This document shows positions 1-12,618 of a stretch of 64,000 bases of DNA, piece by piece; position 1 is the stretch's first letter, and every line of letters begins with the position of its first letter. The translations under genes were made by a program, and so were the position numbers. The DNA comes from Eledone cirrhosa. Taxonomy: Eukaryota. The notes under the pieces were generated by a model that did no database searches, was not told the origin of the DNA, and saw nothing but the letters and a program-made list of their open reading frames with translations. Location: contig OZ024741.1 in NCBI GenBank assembly GCA_964016885.1, positions 280,240,001-280,304,000 of the forward strand, in the 5' to 3' direction.

Positions 1-19
1 CCCACAACTGCGTAACTTG

Positions 20-65
20 TCTAACCCATGCTAGCGTGGTAAAATTGACATAAAACGGTGATGAT
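20..65 (+). mobile_element. Solo 3' terminus of an RTE LINE or RTE-dependent SINE
   Basis: AACCCATGCTAGCGTGG...AAAACGGTGATGAT matches the 3' end of the RTE at 39050-39107. Confidence 0.75.
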
Positions 66-807
66 ATATGTCATCATTATCACCGTTATATATAAATGAT
101 TCAGTTCGGAACTAGCTGTTGAAACGGCAGGGGTCCCTACTCTCTCACACACACACACACACACACACATGCATACATAGTTTATTATGGCCAAGTCAGT
201 GTCACACAAACTCAAGTGTAACAGGACACTGACTTGGCCTTAATAAACAATATGTATGTGTGTGTATGTATATATATATTCCCTCTTAAAATTTACCATG
301 AAATTATATTGACTTGTGATGGTGGGGTGTGTGTATTGTTTGAACTGTGATGTTGGTATGTACTGTTTATCGGGAGATGAGAAAACAAAACTCCTGTGAA
401 TATTTGTGCACTTAATACTAAAGTGAAATATATTCCTACACACCCTGACAACAAGACTTCGTACTTTTTTTTTTCTTTTCGCTAACTGGCAAATAAGTGC
501 TGCTTTTTCATCTCTCCCCTCCCTTTCAATTGACATTTCAAGTACTATATCCTGCTTCCCTAGTGGTTGCTTTGGGGTTGTCATCTATTTTTGTTGCCAT
601 GTGGTTTTCATAGAGTTTCTTTCACAAAATTCCTTTACCATTGCTTATATTCAACCCGTTCTTTTAAGCACGCATACATATCACCGCCGTCTCCAACTCT
701 TTTATAAATAAAATGACTAGATAGAGATAACCTTGTACAACAAACCAATCTTTTTACATATGGCACTTCCTTCATTCATTCTCAAATGGGTTATTATTAG
801 TGTTTGT

Positions 808-1450
808 GGCGGTGAATTGGCAGTATCGGTAGAGGGTTGGACGCCATGCTTTCTAGCAGAGTTACGTCCTTTTCCGGTCTGAGTTCAAATCCCGTCGAGG
901 TTAACTTTGCCTCTGATCCTTACGGAGTCGATAAAATAAAGTACCAGTATTGTACTTACTGAGTAATTGCTGGCCTTGTGCCAAAAGTAGAAACAATTAT
1001 TGCAGTGTTTAAGGGCGGTAGATTGGCAATATCGGTGGAGCGTCGGACAACATGCTCTGCAGTATTTAGTTACGGCCTTTTACTTTCTGATTTCAAAACT
1101 CCGCCGAGGTTAGCTTTGCTTTTCATCCTTACGGGTCGATAAAATAAAGTACCAGTAATGTACTGAAGTCGATTTAATTGATTTTGGCCTTCTGCTTAAA
1201 TCAGAAACCATTTTTTAGTTTGAGGATAGCCTTAGAAGTTATTTATTCATTAGAGGGTGGTGGATTGCATAATTGGCTTTTCATCCTTCCAGTGTCCATA
1301 AAATATAGTACCAGTCACGTACTGAGGTCGATGTAATCGACTTTCCCCTCCCATAAATTTGCTGGTCTTGTGCATAATAATTTATAATTTAGGTACAAGA
1401 CCAGCAAATTTGACAGAAGGGCATAGTTGATTAAATCAATCCCAGTACTT
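808..1450. mobile_element. Cluster of four tRNA-derived SINEs with a Meta-like central domain (808-1001 +, 1014-1212 +, ~1255-1385 +, ~1390-1450 -)
   Basis: A-box TGGCAGTATCGG, B-box GAGTTCAAATCC, central CTTTCATCCTTACGGGGTCGATAAAATAAAGTACCAG and tail GGCCTTGTGCC..AAGTAGAAACAATTATT recur many times in the window. The Meta-domain assignment is from recollection of that consensus. Confidence 0.8.
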
Positions 1451-2158
1451 ATTTTTTTAGACTATATTATAGTGTAAGATTCCACACTTTAACATCCAAC
1501 CCGATACATTTTTTCAGCCCGCCTCCTACTTCAGTCTTTATAGGAGGCCTCCTCATTCAGTTTGTGAAACTGGTTAAGTACATCTGTGTTTAGCAACGAA
1601 AAGAGGAAACACCTTTGTACAAAATAAGACTAAAGCCGTTTTAGAAAAGTAGTATGAACGAGAAGGAAGGAGGGATGGGAAGAGAAATGGGTTAGGCGGA
1701 CGAGGCGGGCGGGTGAGTAAGAGAATTAAAAAAGTAAAGAAACAAAAAAAATAAAAAAGGCAAGCAAGTAGACTTTCACAGTGGCTGTGTTCTCAAACAC
1801 CATTAATACTCACTAGATTAAAACTGGAGTGATGGTGGTGGCTGGTTGGCGGCGAAGTTAGAGGTGGCACAAGTCCATGCTGTATTTACTTACTGGCTTG
1901 GCTTCCAGACTAGCAGGCTGTATTTATTGCAATCATTTGACTAAACTGACTGAGGTGTGTCATGCTGGGTCACTTGATTAACATGAGAAGTCTTGCTATG
2001 GAAATAATTACCATAACATTCAAGGCTACAGCTCTTCTCCCCGCCTCACTCACCAAAAAAGAAAGACAGTGAACTAGTGTATGTATGGGTTGTTTTAGTA
2101 GTATACACGTACGTACATGAATGCGTGCGTATGTGTTTCGTCGTTTTCTCTTGACTAG

Positions 2159-2179
2159 GAAAGATCACTGGCAGGTCAG
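2159..2179 (+). other. Candidate 21-nt microexon of the host gene
   Basis: Acceptor TTTTCTCTTGACTAG| and donor CAG|GTGAGC; reads xGA-AAG-ATC-ACT-GGC-AGG-TCA-G, in frame with the next candidate exon. Confidence 0.35.
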
Positions 2180-2681
2180 GTGAGCCAAGCCATGTTAGCT
2201 CGCCAACTTTTTTTTCTCTTCCTTTTCTACTTCCCATAATCCCTCTCTTGGTTTATCATCATGCCTTACAACTAACTACTGTTTACCCGAATTTTGGAAA
2301 CCTTACTATTGCTACGCCTCCTCTCGCTCTCTCACATAGTAACTCACTTTCTCTGGCTAGTTCGCTCATTCTAGAGAGGTTGGCTCTGTTCCCATCCCAA
2401 TTCCTCCCACCACACAAACACACACACATATACACACCTTCACATATACTAAGCTCTTCGTTATCATCAAGTTGTTGATACAGTTGTCAAGTGACAGTTT
2501 TCTACTCTCTCACCCTTCTCATCTCTCCTATCGCCCTCGAGTTTTTTTCTTTTTCTTTTCACCGCCACTACTACTACCACTATTATTACTTCCAAACCAT
2601 ATTACGAGATGGGGATTTTTTGTGTGTTTTAATGTTTAAAACAAATGTATCAGTGAAAACTACTGCATTTACCTTTTGCAG

Positions 2682-2770
2682 TTGTGGATTCAATATTACG
2701 AGGCGTTGAGGTTGGCATAACATCGAGGCGCAGACCGAGGAATACAAAAGAAAACGACTGCAAATTGAAC
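2682..2770 (+). other. Candidate host-gene exon (89 nt; 5'UTR or coding)
   Basis: Acceptor TTTACCTTTTGCAG| and donor AAC|GTAAGT; one open frame (VDSILRGVEVGITSRRRPRNTKENDCKLN) ending in phase 0; no ATG. Confidence 0.55.
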
Positions 2771-3467
2771 GTAAGTTTCTTTAAATTAATATTATAATTA
2801 TTATTGTTTTTCTTTTAACATTTTCGTTTTTCATGATTTTTTATAGGGATCTACTGTAATTGATATCTCCTACGTCTGCTTGTTTTATTTATTTATTTAC
2901 TCGCATCGAAATATGCTAACATGTGCTGTCCTATACAACGGAAACTACGGATCTCATCGATTTGTTTATTTTGAAGTTGAATACACAAAACACTTCCTTC
3001 GAAACTTACTCATCGCAAAACATTGCCGCCCCTTCACACCACAGTTTCCTTCCTTTATTCATATTTTTAGTTATTTATATTTATCTGCTAAACCGACCAA
3101 TCCTATTTAACTGTCTGGCCTCAACAATATGGACTTGCGTGTGTGCAGCCGCGTGCCTTTTAAAACACTGTCTATTGACTAGTCTTACAAGTCTTTCTTT
3201 CTTTCTTATCTACTGGAATTGCGACTTGACATGGTTTGTTTGTCTAAGTTCGAGTCACATCAAGGTCATGTGTATTATTTGACTGGTTTATTTCAACAGA
3301 TGAGATAAATAAGGTAGCTTAGCTTGCTCTTCTGATCTACTTGTACCCGCTGATAACTTCACGGCCTTCGTCCAATTTATAGACCATCTTACAACGACTT
3401 TAAAATTAACAAAAACATAAAAGGTATATATATATATATATACGCCTTACATATTATATATACATAT

Positions 3468-3515
3468 AGGCTTACTGAATACACAAGCCGAAACCGCTTG
3501 GCGCCGCGGTCGGGA
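3468..3515 (+). ncRNA. 5'-truncated hammerhead-ribozyme-like motif (Penelope-type remnant) between (TA)n tracts
   Basis: Stem II GGCTT/AAGCC, GAAA, stem III ACCGC/GCGGT and a GTC triplet; the CUGANGA half is absent. Confidence 0.45.
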
Positions 3516-3532
3516 TTTTTCACCTCTCTTTT

Positions 3533-3564
<32 letters not shown>

Positions 3565-4116
3565 GTGTGTGTATGGTGTATAGTCTTCCGTGAAGTCGTT
3601 AAATTATAATGTATTTTATCTCTCAAGTACTTTAAACTGTTTCGTCGCTGGATTGTTTATTGCACCAAAATCCTGTTGCTGTTAACTTAACGAGATTTAC
3701 AGTTTTCAATGTGTATACATATATATTAATTCCCTAGGGTAAGATGATCTTTTATCTGTTTTAGTATATTTTTTGCTTTAAACTTGTATTGCCCCTCCCC
3801 CTTTTTGTTCTCTTTTTATCCATTCAAATTATTTATAGTCGCGTACACGGGTTTTATCCTAGCTTATAGTCTAAGTCATAACTGGTTCTTTCTCATTCTT
3901 TAACTTTCGTAAATCCCTCTCATCCAACACACGTATGCACTGTAAACACCGTAGTCTTAAGAGATATAGGTATATATGACGTATCTGCTGGCTGTGCTTT
4001 AGCATATAATAATAATAATGAAATTATTGTGTACAGTGCTCAGGTGCACTACAACTCATCAAAGGTGCATGTATAGTACATAGAATAATGTACAAATGTC
4101 AGGAAAATGAACAGTG

Positions 4117-4304
4117 TATATACATATATACTATGGTTGTGGTTGGCATCCAGTCGTAGAAACTAAGTCAGAAACAGTTCTGTAAGAGCAAAGACCCAGT
4201 CACCTGATCTGATTCAGCATGGTCTTAGCCAAACTAAACCCCGTCTTTTATGCATCTTCGTCATCTGGATTCAGTGTTTCATGCTTGGTCATATTTATCA
4301 AAAT

Positions 4305-4369
<65 letters not shown>

Positions 4370-4657
4370 TTCTACTTTTGGCACAAGGCCAGCAGTTATC
4401 CTAGTGTATTACTGGTACCTTATTTTATCGACCCCCGTAAGGATGAAAGGCAAAGTTAACCTTGGCGGGATTTGAACTATATATATATAATGATCATCAC
4501 CGTTTAACGTCCATTTTCCACGCTATCATGATTGAGACACGTTGTCCCGCTGTGAGACAAATCAGATCAGGTGACTGGGTCTTTGCTCTTACAGAACTGT
4601 TTCTGACTTAGTTTCTACGACTGGATGCCAACCACAACCATAGTATATATGTATATA
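4117..4657. repeat. Perfect 98-bp inverted repeat (4117-4214 / 4560-4657) around a (TA)n tract, a SINE fragment and an RTE tail
   Basis: Arms compared by eye are exact reverse complements. The spacer holds (TA)n 4307-4365, a minus-strand SINE 3' half (4366-4478) and an RTE-type tail from 4493. Confidence 0.9.
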
Positions 4658-5574
4658 TATTATGATTATTCGTTAGATCTATCTTTCTCTGTGAGTGATA
4701 CTCTCTAGCAAAACAGTTTAATAAAAAATCTTATCAGACCTTAAGACGAAGAATCGAATATTACGCTACATGCAATTACTAAAATACCAGCAACATGTGG
4801 CGAATGAATGTACACATACAGAAAGGTTTTACGAAAATTTAAATAATGTAGTCATACTGGTAGTGCCACAAAATGATGTTAGTATTAATATTTACTGTTT
4901 ACATTTTCATCAATTCATTCGTAGATTCGGGTCCTAATGTAATAAATATATGGTGGGGGGGGGGGTAAATTATTGTTTAGAGTGTAATGATAAAAAAAAA
5001 TTTAGTTGATAATCCGGTTTGTAATCATAATTGAACGATCTCTTTTATCGGAAAGGGTGGGAGGGTTATTGATTTATTTTGATTACCATCCAGTCGATTT
5101 CCTCTCACCTCCACACACTTTCTAAAGCCCTCAAGTATTTTGAATCTAACGTCCAAGGTTTTTTTTAATCTTCCACCCTCTCCACTCCGATTTTCCGCTA
5201 TTAATATTGTATTAACTATTTTACTGCTTTGTTTTGATAAGTGCTGTGTATGTTATATTGATAAATCAAAACCATTGTTATTTCAACCGTTTTGGGGTTT
5301 TTTTTTATATATTATAATTTAGTCTGATAATAAGGGACTGTGTTCATCACTCGTCGTTTATATTTTGATTCAAGGTGATTCAGGGATATAGCTAAATGTG
5401 TTGGTTTTCACATATTGTAAACTGAATTATTACATTTCAACTATATTGATTTCTTCTATTATTTTTTTAAAAGTCAAACTGAATCAACTCCAAAATGTAT
5501 TTATTTTATCGACCCTGGATGTTTATATTGGAATTAGCACTCCATATAAAACGACGAAACCAAACATGCATTCT

Positions 5575-5870
5575 ATAAGTGGATTTGCAAAATTGGTAGA
5601 GCGTCGAATAAAAGGCTATTGTGACATAAAACCTAAACATGCCTTCGATATGTGGTTTGGCAAAATTGGTAGAGCATCGAATAAAAGGCTATTTGTTCTG
5701 GATATTCTGCATCAGTCTTGAATTCAAACACCGCTGAGGTCAACTTTGTCTTTCGTCTTTTCGAAGTCGATAAAATAAAGTACCAGTTACGTGGGCGGGA
5801 TTGATATAATTGATTCCCCCCCCCCCCCCCCCAAGGATTGCTGGGCTTGTGCCTAAATTAGAAATCAATA
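5575..5870 (+). mobile_element. Diverged Meta-like SINE with duplicated head
   Basis: TTGCAAAATTGGTAGAGCxTCGAATAAAAGGCTATT occurs twice, followed by GAGGTCAACTTTG..GTCGATAAAATAAAGTACCAG and the family tail. Confidence 0.7.
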
Positions 5871-5984
5871 TATAGATAATGGAATTTAACAATCCGTTCT
5901 TTTATTCATAAGAATGTTTTAGAAGAATATATGGTTTCGTTGTGATATTGAAATTTTTGTTTTGTGTAATAAACACGGTATATA

Positions 5985-6390
5985 TAACTGGATCTCCATC
6001 GGTTTCAACGATAATTGGATCCCGGTTGTTTTATCACCTGAACATTGTGGTTGTGCATTCATCAACAACTTAACTAACATGTTAAAGATAGTCTACCCAA
6101 CAGCTTTCCAATCTTTTCTCTTTCTAATTTGATCCACACAGCGGGAATGATTTGGGAAACGAACTTTTTGTTAACCACTCGGCCTGAGTTCATAGTTGCT
6201 AGCACACAATTAGAATTTATTATGTCCACCCACGGTATTTTGTGTCAAATATTCTAGCTTTTTGTTTTTATTTCTATTATGTTGCTATAAATATTTATTT
6301 TAGTTCCGAATTTCACACAGCATTGTTCCCTTTTATACCATAGCGTCTCATTGAAAAAACTACCACATGGCTAGTCAATGTGTTTGTGAG
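5985..6390 (-). mobile_element. Decayed 3' end of an RTE-like LINE
   Basis: Minus-strand frames give a LINE-like C-terminus (IIPAVWIKLERE / DWKAVG) with stops and frameshifts. Confidence 0.4.
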
Positions 6391-6908
6391 TGAGAAGACA
6401 CTTTCATGCGTTCATATTTTATTGTAGTTTTTCAACTGACTACAGACTATATAATTTGAAATTAGTTACACTGATATATGTTTGTGTGTGTGTGTATTAT
6501 ACAATGACTTTTTTATGTTCTCTTTTGTTTTAAATTGTTTGTGTTCAAATTATTATTGTTATGTTGGTGTTGGGTTACACTCCTTTACACTCAACTGTTC
6601 ACATCCTGTTGAGGTCAGATTTGTTTTTCATCCATCCTTCGAGACCGAGACTCGATATAACCTAGCTTTGTGCCTACTTTTGTCTTGAGAGTTTAATTCC
6701 CGTTGGGGTTTAACATTATTATTCATCTTTCTGGGATGATTCGATTAAACAAGTACCAATTAAATAATGAAGATGATTTAACTATTTTTTTTTCTTTTCT
6801 AAAAATCTGCCTATATTAGAATTTATTAGGAAAAAAAATAATATAAATATTAAACAGGAAAAAGAGGGGAAGAAAGAAAAATTAGATTTTTAAAAAGGGA
6901 GGGAGAAA

Positions 6909-7200
6909 CTACGTTCTTGGCTGAGCTGTGCATCTCAGCTGCTCCTCACAGACAAGTTGGTGAAAGCATTACCATGGAGAAGAGCCTACGACACTTGCTG
7001 CATTAGTCCATTCCACCTCTCGGGTCTCTTTTACTGATTTTGCAGAGGAAAACGGCAATCAGGGACCGAGGACACTAGCGGTCTTGATGGCAACGGGTAC
7101 AAAAAAAAAGTAGTTGGTCAAAGCCTGGTATTTTGTTAGTATCTTCCACTCTTCTCATGTTACAGGTAGTAGAGCCGGTGTTTATGATCGAGTCAATGAG
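6909..7200 (-). mobile_element. CRE-clade (restriction-like endonuclease) non-LTR retrotransposon remnant
   Basis: Minus strand reads TKYQALTNY..VPVAIKTASVLGP..LMQQVS*ALLHGNAF, resembling the CRE C-terminal pattern KY..L..F.P.A.ET.G..G...QR.S.A..RGNA; similar to 30725-31060. Confidence 0.6.
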
Positions 7201-7399
7201 ATTGTTGGCATCATCATGAGTAGTGTTTTACTAAGTTCATTTAACTGATATATCACATGGAAAGCCATGTATAATCTGAATAAAGAGAGATTTAATCTTG
7301 ACATGCAAACTGAAACAGCTTAGGTGTTAATCTCTTTAAAATGGTAATTCAGTTGACATGATTGGCAGAGGAGCTGTTATTCATTCATTATATCCACAT

Positions 7400-7586
7400 G
7401 GCGGTGGATTGGCAGTATCGGTAGAGGGTCGGACGCCATGCTTTCCAGCATAGTTACGTCCCTTTACGATCTGAGTTCAAATCCCGCCGAGGTAGACTTT
7501 GCCTTTCATCCTTACGGGGTCGATAAAATAAAGTACCAGTAATGCACTGGGAAATTGCTGGCTTTGTGCCTAAAGTAGAAACAATT
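7400..7586 (+). mobile_element. Young full-length Meta-like tRNA SINE
   Basis: Nearly identical to 31334-31517; intact A and B boxes; ATTATATCC on both flanks. Confidence 0.9.
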
Positions 7587-9286
7587 ATATCCCTCAAATA
7601 AATATAAAATGTTGAAGTTTATTTCTATCTCTCCTTTTCTTTTATATTTGCCAGTTATATTAATATGACTTAGTTCTTAACAATACTACTAAATGACTCA
7701 TTGGAATGTCGGCCAATATGGCTGGTGAAATGTCGATTTTAGTTAACATTCTATAAAGGACAGGTGGCGAGGAAGAGCAACATTTTGGGGGTAAAATCTG
7801 TGTTAATGAGAATCAACCGACTGGTCTGTCCTAGAAGATTTTAGAGAACTTCTAGTAATCTCTGGTCTGGCAGTGTTACAGGAGGAGGACCATTACCTGT
7901 TCAGGATTAACTTGGTACACCCAGGCTTGTCTAAGTTGGAATATATTGAGACAACACCATTCTGCACATGCTTGTTGTTGCATATAAGACAGGTGCAGCT
8001 ATCAGCCAAGTCCATTGTGAAAGTTTCCCTGGGTCCTTTGGCTAGGAAAGGTGGGTAGTTTACGTCTGTCTTGTGGCTGTAGTTTAAAAGTTGTATGGGG
8101 AACAAAATTGAAAAGACTGAAGACAGATACTTTACTCTTTGAAGCACTTACTGACTTTAAAATTTAATGTCTTGCACCACACGAAACTGCATTAGCAATA
8201 CATTCTTGTAAACATTTGAATTAACAACCTCACATTCAGATATTTTTTGGTGAATCATTACAAGATGTTACAATCGAGGAGGAGGTAAATGACCCCCCCC
8301 CCCTCCTCCTTTTTTTTCCTTTTTTTAAAAAAAAACATATGTCTGTTAGAAATGATGAAGAACAGTAGTATTTAATTCCATTCTCACTAAGACTATGTTA
8401 CCTTTCATTCAGCCTGGAACAATGTAACACTCAACTGTGTTCTTGGATGCTAGTAAATTAACTTTACGCCATATGTATAATTTTAACCTTTTGTTAATTT
8501 AAGATATTAAAATAAATGAATATAATTCAAAGATAAATGACTGATAAGTATTTCAGAAAGATGGTACAATGTAATGTAGTGGAAATATATAAAGGGCAAA
8601 GGGTGACAAATAAAACAAAGCCAAGTAATGTTTTCCTTACTCGGTATATTTCAACATATTATTTCAGGGTTATTACCCTTTTTTCAAAGGCAAAAACAAA
8701 AAAATGATGCAAAGCAAAAGCGAATGATGTATTCTTCCCTAATAGGACCAAGAATAAGTACATCATCATCACCATTTGACAATTTTTTCCATTCTGTCAT
8801 TGGTTAGATGCTTTGTCATATTATGATGTTCCTTATACAATCCATTTTTGGCTTAGTTTTCTACTTCCTCATGTCAACCTCTTTACAGCATTTACTGAGA
8901 GCATTTTATCATGACTCTGGCACTACTACCTTATAGGGTAGACTGGAGGCATTATTTTTTTTTTGTAATGGTACCAGCACTTCCATCTTACATGGTAGAC
9001 TGGGTGCTTTTTTTTTTGTGTGTGGTCCCTGGAAACTAATTTCTGATCTCTGATCTTGATCAGGTGAATGACAATGACCTGAGACAGCAACAGTCTCATA
9101 CACAAGAAGAACAGAGTGGACTGAGTGCTTTTTGTTGTGGCATATCAATAATTAAAACAAAGTTATTTGAAGTGTAAGGATGTAATGTTAGAAACATTTC
9201 AGTGTGGAGTTATCAAGGATGGTTATACACCAGAAACACTTCCCAAATTCCTTCTTTGAGTTTCATGATTTATTTTACATACATAT

Positions 9287-9474
9287 AATTGTTTCTACTT
9301 GTGACACAAGGCCAGCAATTATCCCAGTGCATTACTGGTGCTTTATTTTATCGACCCCATAAGGATGAAAGGCAAAGTTAACCTTGGCAGGATTTGAACT
9401 CAGACTGTAAAGGGCTGTAACCATGCTGCAAAGCGTGGCATCCAACCCTCTACTGATACTGCCAATCCACCACC
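9287..9474 (-). mobile_element. Full-length Meta-like tRNA SINE
   Basis: Reverse complement of the family consensus; TACATATAAT target-site duplication. Confidence 0.85.
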
Positions 9475-9849
9475 CTTACATATAATATTGGATATTTGTT
9501 ACTTGTGACGAATGAGTTGTTGGAAAGTATATTAAAATTGTTGTAAACTTATGATTAGATGCCCAATGATTCAATAAACATAATCTCTATGCTGTTGCTT
9601 GACCTGCTTAATATATCGGATCAAGCAAACTCGGACTCTCTAGTAGACATGATTGTCCCTAGCAATGGGCAGATTGTACCAGTTGGTCAATGTATGTAAA
9701 GTGAAGTCTTCTTCTGAATCTTTCACCATGAGGAGTAGGTTTCCATAGTAATAACTGATCCACTACCTCATCTTTGCCTCTCCAACAGTGACCAAAGAAC
9801 CTTAGTCTTTGTCAGTGATACACAGTTATTATTGAATATAGATTACTAT

Positions 9850-10320
9850 AAAGTTAAGAATTTGTTTTATATTCCCTTGATAATGTATTGAGTGCTGCTT
9901 GTAGAAATTTTGTGTTATCACTGTCCAACTGGTTTTAAAGGACTTTTGTTAATGTCAGTGTTTTAGCCTTATGCATCAACACACTCTATGGCTGTTCTGA
10001 AGAATCTAAGCTTCAGATTTCTATCTAGATTTGATTGCCATACTATTGGTTAGATCTAACCAAGCTTCAGCTATATTGACATTACTATCCTTCACTTGAA
10101 TTTATTATCCAGGCCCAATGATACTTGAAATTTTTTGCTTTTAGTTTGTGCCCTTTTAAAGTAATGATGTCTGCTGGAGGTTGATTAAGAGAGAACTCAG
10201 TTTTTGTCTGATTTAGGTGTAGTCCAATTTGTTCAGCTGCTGTTTCCAGTTTTTTTAACAGCAGTTGGACTTCATTAGCTAGATCAGATAACAACACAAA
10301 TCACAACCAAATCATTTTCA
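9850..10320 (-). mobile_element. Old LINE reverse-transcriptase fragment (RTE/RTEX-like)
   Basis: ORF 10085-10297 (LLKKLETAAEQIGLHLNQTKTE..NFKY) followed by WQSNLDRNLKLRFFRTAIE, resembling the region downstream of the RT catalytic motif; disrupted. Confidence 0.7.
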
Positions 10321-12004
10321 AATCACTCTATGCCATCTTGAAATGGAAAGACACTTTGGATAATGGATTTCTAGATACACTCTCTGATAAAAGAGAAGGT
10401 TGGTCATGATCGAGACATTTTTCATAATGAGTCAGTTCAGTTAGGGCTGAGATATCAAGGTCTACTCCGAATAAAGATGAAGAACCTTGTCATGGACCCT
10501 GCTTTAGCAGGGTAGTTGGACTTGTTGTTGACTAGGAACATTATCTTTGACAAAATTAGCAATCAGTTCAGATATGGAATTAATTTTACTCACCTAACAT
10601 AGTTTTGTAAAAAGGAGAGCTAACAAGCCCACATTCTATTTGTATTTTCTTCACTTCTGTCTTCTTTTCTCTTTATTTACACTTCTCACCTTTGTTGTTA
10701 TTTATCACAAGGCCAGATCAAATTTGTTTCAGCTGTGACCAGTTTATCTTATATTCCACTATATTCTCTAATGTATCCTTTATGTAGGAATGATTTATAA
10801 GGCAGTAAATTGGTGGAGTTCTTAGAACTTCTCGATAGAATGCTTTGAGTTATTCATACTGGATTTTTGTGCTTTGGATTCAAATCCTGCCATTGATCCT
10901 TTCAAGGTTGATAAAGTACTGGGTTTGACCCCACCCCCACCCCTCTCTCCCCTTTGAGAGGGGCCCCACCAGGTTTAAACATTCAAGACACTGTAAATCA
11001 CTAAAGGACTCCCACAACTCCACCAAGAATTAAGGAGTTTCTAACAGCCAGGTGATGTTATTTAAAGTATATTTTGCTGCTATTTCTAGCAGGTGAAGCA
11101 ACCACATAGGCTTATATATTGGATTGTGTGAGAGTGTTTGCTAAATAAAAGAAATGTTTATATTTTTTATCCAAAGAATTGATATTTGTTTAATGGAGCA
11201 TGAACATTTCCCATAGAGATGAAAATTTAATTACAAACTTGACTAGCCACTATATATGTCTACTTTGAACACATTTCCTATTGACTAGTCATGAGGTCAG
11301 TCTTTCTATGTACATATAAGTATGAGTGTATGTGTTGGTGTTCATTCACTCACGACCGGTTCAGCTGGTCCCAACCAGTGCATTCATATTATTACAAAAA
11401 AAGGTTACCCATGCTCAGTGATCACAGATATTCAACACATATATTGTCATCCAGTCAGGATTTTAACAGTGGACACCATGTATACAGATACAAACTCCAA
11501 TTTGATAGTGCCAATCCATATTTTCAGCATTCCATCTCATCTCTTTTATGCCATCACAAGGGGTTAATGAGTTGACATGGGTGACAGTGCTTGACCAAAC
11601 CAACGGATGCCTTTTGAGTAGGATTTATTGAAGGGAATCAATCTAGCAGCAATGACAGACTTCAGTGTTTGACACAAGTATGAATATAACTCTTCACATC
11701 CTATAATGGTTTATAAGAAAATATCTAAGAATGGGTTTAATTTCAATGTTTATATTATCTTTACTAAATTGTGAAGACTTTAAACATTTTTTAATGTCCT
11801 AGTGATATTTGGTACATTTCAATAATGACTTAATGTGGCTCCAGGTGATACAGGCCCAAATGTTTATAGTGTCTTTACTTGTGGACAGGTTTTTGTGAAA
11901 ATTTGCAATAAGCTAAAGTAAAGACTTAAATTATTTAATGTGATGCAGTCATAATACTGTTTTGTATATTTCAAGTTTCATAATACGGTTTCATGTGGTA
12001 CAGG

Positions 12005-12545
12005 ATCATCATCATCATCATTTTATGTCCGCTTTTCCCTGCTTGCAAGGGTGGGACGGGTCTTATTCAGCACAGCATCTCTCCACTTGTCACGGTCCTT
12101 TGTCATCTCCACCGTGAGCTTCAGCAATCTGAGGTCTGTTCTCACCACATCCGCCCATGTTTTTCGTGGTCTACCTCTACCACGTCTTCCTCCAACTGGC
12201 ATTTCCTGGCACCTCTTTACCCATCGGTCATCCTCCATGCGCATCACATGTCCATACCTCCTCAGTCTCCTCTCTCGCACACTACATTCTATCCCTCTCA
12301 GACACATTTTCTCTCTCAACACATTCATGCTGGGTTGTTCACGCACATTGACATTGCACATCCAACGGAGCATGCTTGCCTCATTTCTCTCCAGCCGTCG
12401 CATATCCTCTGCAGTTGCTGCCCATATCTCATTACCATGCAGCATCGCGCTCCTCACACAGGCATCATATAACCGGCCTTTCGTACGCAGGGAGAAACCC
12501 TTCTTCCAACCCGTCCTCATTCTAGATACTATGGCCCCGGAATGT
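12005..12545 (-). mobile_element. 5'-truncated RTE LINE, family D, copy 1
   Basis: ORF 12023-12520 (GRLYDACVRSAML..LERNEASMLRWMC..GRPRKTW) is homologous to the large RTE ORFs; (GAT)n tail. Confidence 0.92.
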
Positions 12546-12618
12546 TTACTGATAATCTCAACTGAATCAAAAGTAGCTGCTACTAGTTATTTTATGACCT
12601 CCACCTGTAGGATTAGAT

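Larger units (their letters stand above)
1500..3550. promoter_or_regulatory. CpG-richer, TE-poor promoter/first-exon region
   Basis: More CG dinucleotides than the rest of the window; GC-box-like CCCGCCTCC (~1518), GAGGCGGGCGGG (~1702) and CCCCGCCTC (~2039); strong donors GG|GTGAGT (1712/1713), CAG|GTGAGC (2179/2180) and AAC|GTAAGT (2770/2771). Confidence 0.5.

Noticed and set aside
95-140. Possible fourth hammerhead (..ATGA-stem-GAAACGGCAGGGGTC)
   Set aside because: CUGA is missing and stems I and III are unconvincing.
1654-1695. ATG at 1654 as the host start codon
   Set aside because: Stops at TAG after 13 codons and is out of frame with the downstream exon chain; at most a uORF.
7400-7490. 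tRNA genes at the SINE heads
   Set aside because: A/B boxes are present, but spacing is extended, no cloverleaf is evident, and they continue into SINE bodies with TSDs.
7790-8150. GC-richer segment with short ORFs, possible exon or LINE fragment
   Set aside because: No recognisable motif or convincing splice-site pair by eye.
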